Assembly (NCBI GenBank): GCA_002633005.1
Contig: NMRA01000630.1
Location: forward strand, 1-64,000
DNA from: Phoronis australis
Taxonomy: Eukaryota > Animalia > Phoronida
Direction: 5' to 3'
DNA: 64,000 nucleotides
Of this stretch, positions 1-13,200 are shown in pieces (position 1 is the first letter of the stretch; every line of letters begins with the position of its first letter). The translations under genes were made by a program, and so were the position numbers. The notes below the pieces were generated by a model, which saw only the letters and a program-made list of their open reading frames with translations, was not told the origin of the DNA and did not search any database.

Positions 1-1296
1 GGTTAGTCAATATGTTTCACTTGGATTCAACGCGAGTCGGTGCTGATAAACAGCGCTCGTCAAGCGCCATGTACGTCGCAGGTCGGCAGCTTAGGAAGAA
101 GATTGAACTAGTCTGCCGGATGGTATGTAACAGTCACCTCATTACTCAGGGTGATTTTATCATATTGTAGGACTACGCTAAAGTCATGCCTGTTTTGCAA
201 GCATCTAATTCTTTACGTTGTCTCTGAAATCTGAGGTCTAATGAAATAGCCCTCTAGGTGGCGCTCATTTTAGGCTCTCTATTTGTTTCATTGAGTGTAG
301 GGTTCTAAATAGATTAGTGTGCTGGTGGCTAATTTAATTCTATATTGGGTGGCAGGCCCCAATTGTAATGACCTTAAATGGCCTCAAAAAATTCTCAATC
401 GATTTCTTTTACTAAGGCAATATACAGAATAAATTAATATGAAAATAAATTCATGCTGGGCTCTGTGCTTAGCACAGCATCAATTTATCAAATGTTAACC
501 TGGCAAAACTCCCAGGTCACTAAACGTGAACTAGTGTTGCTAAATCTCATTGGCAAGAGCCGAAATGAATAATAAACGAGATATCTGAAGTGTAAAGTTG
601 GCAAACTTAGCAAATGTTCAGTCACTCCCATTTCTTGTTGTTTTTTGTTTGAACGGAAAATTAGGATTATCCCGCGTACTTATTGGTGACTGATACCCCA
701 CTATAGGCCCAATATGCAGGCTCACCTCCATGGGCACGCAAACTTGACTGGCGCCTTCGGACTTTTTATCAGATCGTCAGTGTCATCTGCTAAAAATTAC
801 CACTTCTATTATTGTAAGATTTGTTTTCTTGAGACATGTTTACTTAAATTTAGTTGTGAGCCAGTGCCGAGAATGTGCAAAATGGCGGGAAGAACTCTGC
901 AGTTTTTTCCTTCAATCATAAACAATTCTGTGCGTTGGTGATTACTTAGCCTGTCACAGCTACAAAAGTCAGATTATTGGCTAAGCCCTGTTTACACAAC
1001 AACCTTTACACCCAAGTGTATATTTACACTCTAGTGTATTTACGTACACTGTGCCATTAAGTCATATAAACGTAAATACACCCGGGTGTAAAACTACACT
1101 GACTCATAGCTCATGTAAAAGTAAAGATAAATTTACACACACACAAATAATACACCTGGTTTGGTACGATCATACCTCAGATAAACAATCATAAAGATCG
1201 AAACTTTCACTAATCCCGTTTAACAATACAGATGATTGAACTCGATCGAACCTCTGGTGGCATAAAAACGAACTAGATGAATGTGCGTAGTCTCAC

Positions 1297-4200
1297 CTGC
1301 GCACATACTTGTCCCAGGCCTTACAGTTGAGGTCCAAGAAGAGGGGTTCCTTTCTGCACAGGCATATCCTCAGTGTTGTCATTATCTTTACACGTACGCT
1401 CGTGATGTGCTTCTGTCCCATCAGATCCATAATTGACATCAGGCTCTCTAGTGTCTGAAAACACAAAGGACACATAAAGTTAATTTCATCATATGGCAAG
1501 ACTCGTTCCACACAAGTCTTGTGTCAAAGTTTTATTGTAAACAGAAAACCCAAGCACACTGTGATTTATGCAAAACATGTAAAACATATTGACTTACAGT
1601 ATAAGTAAATCCTTCAACATTCTCAGTGCTGCCTTCTCTTAAAGCATACACTGAGGCAGTCACTTCATGAGCAAAGATTATCCAAAGAGTCACTAAAATG
1701 GTGTCTCCTATGGTTGGATCAAAATCTTCTCAGACCTTTCAACGCTATCTCAGAAAATTATTTTCGCAATTTCATTTAGCCAGACGAGTGTCACAAATAT
1801 TTGAACAGGCATCCCTCAAAGGGAAATCTGGAGTTCCGACAACTTAACAGTACGTTGTAAAAGCATGGTCCGTGATAAGACAGTGAGCCGACGGGATGAA
1901 ATAGTAACCAAGTTTTTGTCAAGTCACTTACTAGTTTCTTTTCCTTTAACGGGACGCTCGCATTCAGCAAGTGACTGTCAAAGTAAGCTAAAATACCCAG
2001 AAGCCTCGGCTGCAGGAAATCCGCCTACAAAACGGAATTAACACAGAAATATAGTATAGCACTACAACAGCAATATAACAAGTTGCTGAGACAAAATAAT
2101 AATTAGTAATGGAAAAATGACAATTAGCTATCATGACAAAATGATAATTACCAGTCACAAAATAAGTAACTGTGACAAACTTAAGTGATAATTACCTGTC
2201 ACAAAATGATGAGTACCTGTGTCAAAATGATAATTACTTATAAAAAGAAGTACCTACCACAAAGCAATAACTAGGGTGAAGTAATATGTAGCTATAACAA
2301 CATAGCTATGACAAAAAATGCTCACGTGACTTCTTCACTGAAATTAAAGCTACACAAACCTAGTTCTGACATATTGTCAGAAATGATAAAAACCTCTCAT
2401 TGCTAATAATTAGAATGATCCGTTAACAGCAGTTCTAAGTCCCCAAGACATCCTATTCCCACCCATTCAATTATGCATTGTTTTGTCGAAGTTGTGGAAA
2501 AAGTCGTGAACAATATTTAAGTCAATAGTGAATCGACATGGGCCTAGTAAATGACAAAAGATAGTGCCAGCACTTACGTAATACTCATCTGTGGCTGCAT
2601 TTTTGCGTAATCTCATACACAATTTCTAAGAAATGTACTAAAGCATAAAAAATGTAAACAATCCACTTCACTTCGTAAAAACATTTCCGCGTTTTTTCTC
2701 AATACCAAAAGATTCACCAGACGAATATTTATTGTGCACAGATTTGTGCTAGAAAAGTGCGATGATATAACTGACCCCAAGAAACTCAAATGGACCTAAA
2801 AATCCTTGCAAATTGGTCCACTGGACCTGTGTGTAGGATGAACACTGCTTACCAGGTCTTCCATGCGTGCAATGTTCTTGGCACCCTTCCACTGTTCATC
2901 CTTGGACGCCAACATGGCTAAGCCATTAAAAACCTACAGAGATAGAGAAAAACACAGAGGCTTAAGTTTACGAGCACACACTACTACAATCCATTTTTTG
3001 TAAGTAAATTTTGTAAAATTAAATTAATATATTTCACACCTGCCATTGTGTGAAATGAGATGTCTAAAGATAACAGTCATGTTACCTGAACAGCGCACAA
3101 ATAATGGTATGCTCATAATTGATTCGTTTTCAGGGTAAAAGGCTAAGGTGAGAAACACTTCTAATTATCTAAGGTTGAAGTGAGGTCCAAATTAGGCTGA
3201 CAGGTGTGATAACAAAAAACTGCTTCATTAATTTTACTTGAAGTTGACCATATTCAACCATTAAAATGTAGCACTCAATATACCTTAACAATCCCAACAC
3301 AAGTAGTACAAGAACTGTTGTTACCACCGTGATATGAATAGCACTCACCTGTTGACGATGAGCGCCGTGGTATGAATAGTACTCACCTGTTGACGATGAG
3401 AGCCGAGGGCAACAAGAAGCTCATTAAGAACCTTTTGATAGTCCAGACGGAGCAGGCTCGCCACTTCAATCTCTGTTTCTTTCTAATGAGACAAAAAACA
3501 AGTGTTAACAAATGACCTAAGCACAGCATGTTCTCGGACACAATCACCAAGGCTAGATACCAGTGACTTGACAAGATCACATCATATAACATCGGTCCAA
3601 TGACAGATCTTGATAGATTTCTTTACCCTGCCTAAACTAGCAACGAGGTCACGGCTCTTGTTGCATTATGGAAACAAATTACTGGTGAAAGACCAACTGA
3701 ACAAACAGTCATTATACTTTCCATACATCGATTGCAGGAAAAAATGACTGGAGAATATATCAAGCTGATAGTTTGAAATGTACAGTGACTGCATTATTTC
3801 AAAACAACTGCTATTTAAAATAGCATACTCTGAACATCCGAGGCTGATTCAACACACTATACCAAGAGGTAGGCTGACACCTATGGGGCCACACTATCTG
3901 ATGATGACTCAAGAGGATACCACTGTAACGTTGTGTGGAGAGTGCCAGCAGTGAAGAAGACGTCTTTACTAGAATACTACTCTATTGCAGACTGACTACT
4001 GTACAACAACATGTTTTTGCAACACACAAGACCACATGCATATGAGTCCCATTCCACAGAACTGTTTGGCAAGACTTATATAATAAACAATTCTAACTTA
4101 TTGTGCCATATAAGGTAAGTGTAGTTCCAGTACAAATCACAATACTATCATAACCACCAGCCGATACGTCACCTGCAGATAATGCAGCACCATCTCTAGG

Positions 4201-7200
4201 TCAGTTTTGGAACAGTAGCAGATGATATGACGGAAGATGTGTTTTGTGTTGGTGATGAGTAACTTCTTGCGGCTCTGTTAAATACAAACTGATGCATTAT
4301 AAACAGTCTTGGGGACCAAATGGCATCAAAACTCACTTCATAATATTTGAAAAACTATAACCCTATTTGCCCAGGTTAAACCAAGGGCACATAAACTGCA
4401 AAAATGGGGGATGGTAACAAACCCAGCATGGGTGTTAAAAACAATTTAATAGTCAGAAGAGAGCAATAACTCAAATAACCTGATAAGTGCCCACACATTT
4501 GCATTCGTAACAGCAATTTAGCATGTAAAAGCTCAATAAAACTTATGCCAACTCAGTTTAATGTTTCTCATTAAAGTAAATTATGCTTCAACACAAAGCC
4601 TTCTGTGCCCAGTTGCATGAAAGAGCGCTGTAAGGGATTCAACTCTTTCTCCTAAATTTTGAGAGTATTTGTAAAATTCATGCAAACAATGATTGTCCTT
4701 TCTTCTGCAACTTAATCTTCATTGCTACGTCAAGTTTTAGCTTCCAAACACATCAGTCAAAGTTAACTACATTGGATTCTTAAAATTCTTGAAAATAAAC
4801 ATATGCCTTTTCATGCAACGTAGCTAAACTAAGAACTTATTAGTCTACATATACTTTCATGGGAATAAGGAAACTCACGTAAAAGAGCAGTAGATGAAGA
4901 AAAAAACATAACAGTAGTGAAAAACAAAGTTTACAATTAATAAACGGACATTATGTGACATATGAGAGTTTGGAAATAGGAGTAATCAGATATCTACGAA
5001 AACAGACTTACACAGCCAAGCTTTTTGGCAAACAGCTTGATAACAGATGAAGCAGCAGGCGACGCCTTCATTACAAGGAATGGCAGCAAGTATTTCTCGC
5101 CAAACTGAAAACAGCATACATCGACAAGATTCACCAAATAGATAATTTACAAGATTTCATCTGGTCATGAGGAAACATCCAAGTCTGGCAAAGCTAAACA
5201 CATTGACATAATGAAAACATACAAGAGATCGAGTCGCAAGTACTTGTAAAAAACGTTTTGTGAGCAATGTTGTAATAGAGGGTGTCAAGATGGAGTAGGA
5301 AACATCACCAGTTTAATACGTTGCATCTCGTATGGATTTTAATTTTTTATTGCAAACCAGTTAACAATTACTATCATGCACAATTTTATAGAATATCACT
5401 TCACTTTTTCATTCAATTTGGTATATGTCATTATTGCCTGCTATAGTGTGAGCCATCAAGTTACTGTTGATGGCCTCAAACCAGAAAATCGAAAAATGAG
5501 TGAATTGAGGCGACACATGCTATTTTAATGAAAAATCTGTAATAAAGAACTCACCTGAATGAAGGTTTTGACGTCAGGTATGCTAAATACCTGGGAGATC
5601 TCTGTCAGTATAACATTACAGTCTCTGCCTTCTCCACTGAGGACGGCAGAGTGAAGAGCATCACTCACAAACTGTGACATAAAACGGAAAGGTAAGGATG
5701 GCAAATTAAAAAACTGTGCAAGAGAACTACACTGAGCAGATTGACTTAGCTTTTCGACAATCGCCTTTTCACTTGGCTCCACAGGTAAACAGAAATTAAT
5801 ACATCACAACATTGAACAATACGAGGGAGGTGAGAAAAATTTTGAGAATTGAATTTCGTCCTAATATTTGGCTGAATAATGAAAATGGCTCAACAAATTC
5901 AAGCACAAACTAAACAGAATAACTGACACACACAGAAAGTTGATACAAAAGAGAGTAATAGACATACGCGACAGATCTGTTCTTTATACTTCAAGTATAA
6001 ATCATGTGTCTGTATCCCCTTATGTCTTCCCAAGGCTTGCACCTGCAAAACAACAGTCTATTCAAAACTAACATCACATCCACAAATAAACTTATGATAT
6101 CTCCCCTCTACAAGACAGCGCATCAAACATCCATGTTCTCAAAACCACTTTTTCCAACTGAAAAGCGAGTTACGTTGATTCTTCTTCCAGCAAACAGCTG
6201 ATATTTAGTAATCATGATAAACAGAACTAGATAGTCTGCTAGCCAGGTACACTAGCCTCACCTGGTGGTAGGCAGTGGAAGCTATCAGCGGGTGGAGAGA
6301 CAGCATACTATCTAGAAGACTAATGATGACTACAAGGAGCAGCTCCCCAGAGGAAACCCTGCAAAACAATAAAACAACGGAGATAAAACATGGTGACGCA
6401 ACACACTTTCAGTTTGGTTTAGAGAACCATAAAAGTGAGGTCATTAGGCTGAAAAAAAGAGTGAACTTGATGAAGTACAGTAAAATCTCACCAATTTTGA
6501 GTAAAAAATATGACAAAATTTCCCGTTTATCACTTTTCAAATTATTACCTACATTTTTTAAAAATGTTAGGGGGCAGTTCTGGTACATTAAAATAAATAG
6601 TTCTCTATCTTTGAAGGCACAAATCATAACAAAAACGGTGCGAAGGTTTTTTCATTATTCGTTAGTTATGAAGTTGTTGAAAAAAAATAATTAAAGTATT
6701 GGCACAGTTTGATTAGTTATAGTCATCATAAGTAAAATTCTAAGCAGTGTTAGTAGAGAGCTTTTGAGAAAATGACCACCTCATATATACTTGTTGGAAT
6801 TTTTAAATTAACTTTGCAGCTACACGTGAGCTACAATGGTAATATATCTCCGGGATTTAACACTGTCTATGGCATCACTCTAGAAATGTTTGTAGCAGAC
6901 TCCATCTCCACTGAAAATACCTGCTAAGTCGCCCAAGAGTAAGCACTACAGATTCTTGCAATCGAATGTCACCGTTGGCAACCGCCGTACTGTAAGCAGT
7001 CTTTAGCTTCGACACGATAATCTCGTCCGTCTTGCTCGACATATCATTTTCACAGTCACCGACAAAATCACCGATGACGCAGCTGAAACCAAAATGGTGC
7101 ATTGTGGTCGAATGCTGGACTCATAAAATTCAACTGAATATTCCCATGACCAACTGGGGTTACGTTCACTAAGACTAGGGTCATGTAAAGTCTGATAAGG

Positions 7201-10200
7201 TGAAGCAGGATCAGCCATCACAAGTTCAAAATTCTTACACCATCAAAATAGCTGTGACTAAAACCAACTGTCAGTACAAGAATGTTGAACTATTGGACTG
7301 ACAACACAAAAAACCTATAACTAAGTACATGTGAAATACAATCCAAACTTTCTAACCACAAATCTAGTGAGTTTCTAGCTCATCTGAAGACAACAGAAGT
7401 GTCAGTTTCGCATATCTTGAAAAAACAACAGTTACTCTTCTATGATAGCAAATATTAAAGATGCACTTTCACCCGAACTTAGCTTTTAAGATCCTCAAAT
7501 TACACTAACTATGACACTCCACTCTTTTCTATGCAGTACATGCACATAGTAAGGATCATGCATCCCACTCGAGTGCTAATCTCAGTATCAGTCCCAAAAG
7601 AGTGTCAGTCTCATACGAGTGTCACCCACACCTAAGTGCTAGTCTCACATGAGTGTCAGTCTCACCTGAGTGTCAGTCTCACCTGAGTGCCAGACGTACA
7701 TTGTGTGACTCATCCTCAACAAGTTTCAAACAACTGTCCAGCAGTGTCAGCGTGTCTTCATTGTCAGCACGAACCTTGATGTGGGAAAAGAGGCGACCAA
7801 AACTCCGTATGCATGCTAAAATTAAATACAATATCATTTTAGAAAAAGGGTGAATGTTGAGTGACACTCAACATATAGTTAAAATATTTGATGCACGCCT
7901 GACAACAATTTACTTTTTTGCAGAATAAGAATGTGGTGATGGCAAACTAAATGAGAGAAGAATGTTAGTGATTACAAAATTCTATGCTGGTCTTTAAGAA
8001 TCCAAACCTAAAAATATTTCTGTGAAACAAAGACAATTCTTTGAGAGAACCCCTCAATATTTCCAAATTTTCCCGTTTAAATCCTTGATTTATACAGTCT
8101 GCAGTACTTTCCTTGAAAGCGCCCATGTCTTTGTGAATGCCCATCTCACAAAAGAAATGGCTCCCAAAGCATACAGACCTCGCTTACCTAATGAGTAACG
8201 AACAAAGTTTCAATAGCACTATCTTATTTGGGTAGGAAATTATCCGTATTCCCTTGCATTTGTGTTTAATTTTTTGCACGTTTGTCCACCATAAATGTAT
8301 ATCCCTGAATCAGCAGTTTAGGTAACTGCCATTTCCAGTCTTCTACCTAAAATTCATTTTAAAATGGCAACTATAAACTTAACACTACCCCTTTACTTTA
8401 AGTTTAACCAAGCCGTGAGCTGAGTATTCAGACTGAGAGTGTGTTTAATTGGTAAATGAAGCAGAAATAGTTGTTACCTATTCTAACTGTCTCGTCACGG
8501 TCACTAAGTTGACAGGCGAATGGAAGAAACATTCCTGGGTTGACAAAGTGAGGTCTTCCTTCTGGAACATGTGGAATACAAGAATTCAGTGCTGACCACC
8601 AATACAGACTGGACATTGCAAAATGGACTCAGTCAAGCTTCCTCGAGGATAAACTCAACATGGGAACATAACAAGGATACCTTCTTCATATTCCATCGTG
8701 AACAGCGTTTGCTTAAAGCTGTCGAGTTTCAAATACAAATTAGGGTTTCCATTCACAATGACTGGTCATGAGCCAGGATTTCTGGTTGAGGAGGTGCATA
8801 CAATGCACTATGGGCAGCACAATAACTGCTTACTATAAGGACAGCCAGTATAAACAAACAGTGGCATTTCTGTATGGCTTCAAGCACAAACCTTCGTGTT
8901 TATCACAGTAAGTACAGACCAAAGAGCAGAGTTGGTCTCTCTTTTTGGACTTGGCATTCTCAAGAAAGTTGTGTCTGAAAGTAATAACGTGTCACATGAT
9001 TTCAACAACTCACCTAAGGTGGGGTATGCTGATAAGTCTTAAATATTAACTGAGTCTGTAGCATCATAATGCACCAATCAATGTTTCACTGTCACAATAC
9101 TGTTGTTAACTCCCTTGTTTGCAGAGAGCTAACAACTAGAGCTAGTCAACTGGGTTACAGGGTACAGCCAAAGCCCTCGCTAGGTCTTGTCAGACCCAGC
9201 TTAACCCATAACATAAACCAAAGAGCACAACCGGTATAAGGCCTAGTAGCAAGATGACACAACAGATAAGGGTGATATCCACGTTACACAATGGAGCAAT
9301 AAACAGCATTTTAATATCAGTTTCATTCACATGACATAGCAGCGTAAAACAATGTCCTCTCAAATGAATTATACGCACAACAATCAACAGATTAACTTGC
9401 TCATTTCATTATTGAGAAGAAACAGTCTAACAGCGGTACACCAAATGATGGAGTACATGCACTCCTATAATCAACAAACCTCATCAGGGTTGTGCGCCTG
9501 GAAACACCGCATGCTAAGAAGCCTACGAGTGAAATAAGACACGTCTTCAGAACAGGAACACCAACCAGGGGGCTGCAAATAATGAGAGGTGATCATATTC
9601 AAAGTGTATAGGGAGGTACAAAGTACCTCACAGTAACAGACATAAAGGAACACTTTTGAATTACCAAAAAGAACCGTTCATGGTGCATAATTACAGACAT
9701 GGGCAAATTCAGCTAAGGTCACTACTTTGTTCATTACAGCAGTAGCAGGCCAGCCTCCCACATGACTCATCCCCAATGCATTGCGATTTCCCGTAGCTAA
9801 GTAAACTTTAGCTCATACTTGAGTGACAGATCACAATGCTGACAGTCATTACCGCTGCTCTCAGCTTGACCTTAGCAACTGCATGATGGGAGGGACCGAG
9901 AGACATGGGATTGTGGGAAACAAGATAATATTTAACTCATTTCTCGAAGTATTAATTTTCACAAAATATGACTTACTGAATACATTCGTATATCACTTGA
10001 TGCACTGTAGGTCCAGAGTTGTGAAGAAGATAGGGAAATGACTTAAGAGCCTGGCTCTGTAGACGGGCTTCATTCTGAATTCAATTATCAAACAAAAATG
10101 CAAAGTTACAAATTGAACTTGACGTCATTACTGATTATGTTACAGATTCCCTAAATTTATTGATTGTCACATTTTGTATTGCCATTTCATTATGTATTTA

Positions 10201-13200
10201 ACTTTATAATTTGACTATGGGTGTCGCTGTGATTCTGGGGGCCTGACTACGTGGACTCTGCTTTGGCATATGATTGGTTGCTGATTGATATCACGCGCCG
10301 TCTTTCCTTGTTCAGGCACTTGAGGAGTTGTAGCGAACACTTATGGCCACAATTTTCGGAATGATACGTAGTTGTGTGTATGAAAAGTGTTGTTCACTGA
10401 TTTGAACGTATTATGAATACAAGTTAACACAGCAACTCTATTTTCATATCTACTAGACTACGAACAATATATTCAAAGTGAACAAATGTTTCGTCTACCA
10501 TTTGGATGGTTTGTCTTGCAATCTGTCACAGATTAGACGCATCGGAGCATTGACTGTTGCTTAATACTTGATTAATACACAAATATTTGAATGCAAAATG
10601 CAAGTTTTGCGCTTGCAATGAAATTTCTTTACTGCTGATTATATTTCGAGACCAGCCATTCTGTATCTTAAGACAAAATGAAAATGAAACATAAGGCAAT
10701 CTATTATAACAGAACATCACAAAATGTTAAAAACACAAAGAAGCTGCCAAATCATTTCCCACATTCAACTTGTCAATGAGAATGTATAAATAAAATTATG
10801 CACGAGAGTACTACAATCAGGGTACATTTCACAAATCAATCTTGTCACTGAAGGCCACATATCAATACAGAAGGATAAATTAGGTCATTTGTAAACAAAA
10901 CGTGCATAGTCAAACATACCAATGCTAGTTTGTACAGGTGAATTCTCCACTGAGGACAGATGTACTTTGGAAAGAATGCTAAGGCATGCACGCCACCTGG
11001 TGCGAGACAATGTCCTGTAAAAAATAGATTTTCAGTGAAAACAGTTATAAAATTATTACATAAATCTTTTGTTTTAATGACATGCTAACTTAAATATTGC
11101 TTAGGGTTGGAGAAACAAGCACGGGTTTTTGTTTTCAGCATGATATCAACAAATAACATCATTCTCGTAGATTCCCATGCAGTGACATCTTGAAAAAATC
11201 ATTGTTTTGATTCATGTTATGCAATGTATCAATTCATTTTGTTTTGTTTTCAATACAGCCAGTTTGCATATTAACTGAATGGAGTTCACTGATTACTTCC
11301 ACAGTACAATCTACAGCTACGAAGTTGAATTATTCCAGTTTGAACCGGGATTTCAGCTTTATGTAACAGACATTTTGCAAGATAAGAAGCAATGCTCTTT
11401 TTTGTCCTATTTCCCATGACATCATGAAGCTAACTTGGTACTGCACAGAAGTAAGCTTGTAGGACTTTCATGGTAGTTTTCTAAATGCATGATTATAGAC
11501 ACCAATGCCACAACATGGAGATTTGGAAACTAATAAGTGGTCTGTCTAGCACTGTGTGGGTCATAAAGAGATGATGTCCCTCTACAACAGTGCATCCTTA
11601 TTACATCCAGTAAATGACATGATTATGGCAACTAGTTTCGTAATAATCGTTAGACAAAATCTTATCCACTAGCATACCAAGTTCTTCAGACAACGCTTTG
11701 TTAAGTAGTGGCATATCACCAACACAGCCATGATGGAGATCATGGAATGACGTCTCACTCTACAAAAAAAAAATAATTTAAATATTATTATATGACTATC
11801 AAATCAAAGTTTTCTTCAACAGCCAAATGAGACATACTGACATGAGATTATTAAACTTCACTTGACACTCAACTTCGAAGTTGACCAAACAACATGGCAC
11901 ATTTCATGTGAACTCAAATTCCTTGTGATGCGATTGGTCAATTAGATCAAAGACTAAATGACAGGTTAAATGGTCTTAAGAACATGTTACACCACATTCA
12001 ATGAAGTCATCACCATATTATATCAAACATAAATTGGACACCTCTAGCTATCTCAATATGTAATTCCTGAACTTGTCAAGATCAAGCTAAATAGCATGCA
12101 AAATACATTACAAGAAATTTGAAATTGCACTTTAGTCATGAATCAACTCCAATTCTAAAGTGCGCTAATTTTTCAAATGATCTATTACATCACAAGAGGA
12201 CCATGAAATCAGCGGGTACTAATTCACTGTATAACTGCCTTGTAAAACAGCTTATCAGCTGATATGCATTCATGTGAACCTTGTTGATGGGATCCAAGTT
12301 CTTCATTTTCATACTGGTTGTTGAAATGTTTCAAAGGCACAGCTGCTTCATCCACACTTGGTGCAAACCAACTCATAGAGTTCTCACTCACACTGTCTCA
12401 CTCACACTGTTTATGTCGGTCAGTTGGCGTCATAACAAGACAGCGTAAATTGTTGTTTTTGAAAAATTTAAATGATTAATCTTTTTGTAATTTAAGAATA
12501 GATGACGAACATCATCATTGATCCAGGTGAATTACTAAAAATCAACAATCATAACTTTTGGAACTTACCTTAAAATAAATATGTAATTCTTAAACCAGCA
12601 TAGAAACGTATAACGCCAATGTTTGCATTACTGTAAAATAGTTTTCTCCAACATTACGGAGCTGCCTGGCTTCTTCAATCGGGGAGTGGTCGATCTCCAG
12701 TGGAAGCCAGGTGGCTTCGCAATGTCAGGAAATCTATTCTACTCTAAGTTCCAGACGTTACTATTATTATTACTTTTTGCATCAATCTTATGAATCTATT
12801 CACTGATCAGCACCACCTAATTATATTATATTCCGCTATCAAGCAGTGAATAGATTGCAATAAGCCCTTTAATTCTGAATTCAAATGCACTAACACAAAA
12901 TAAGAGCACACTTTTGAAGAAAGGTGGTCCAATAGCCGATTGTCTTAACTTACATGCAGCCTAGGGCAGGAGGCTATCATGGCAAACTGAACGAGAACTT
13001 CATCTGGAATCTCCAGAGCATCTGCAAGTCAGAACAAACCCATCACTTGATCTTAATCAAACATCACTTTACAATAATTTTACGTTGTCTGACAAAAATA
13101 ACAACTGGTAAAAGAAATTAACACTTTTGTTTTCGACTCCTTTTGCAAAACTTCAACATACGGATATTACGTTTTGGCACAGGCAAATAATTCAACAGTT

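Noticed and set aside
726-789. Exon-like segment with a GTGAG donor on the minus strand
   Set aside because: No frame resembles the ATR sequence expected after exon 1297-1454; probably cryptic or repeat-derived.
8562-8718. Alternative tiny ATR exons (SFKQTLFTMEYEE; GSLTESILQCPVC)
   Set aside because: Using both would need introns of about 35-40 nt. Exon 8892-8974 already gives a phase-correct join to 8561.
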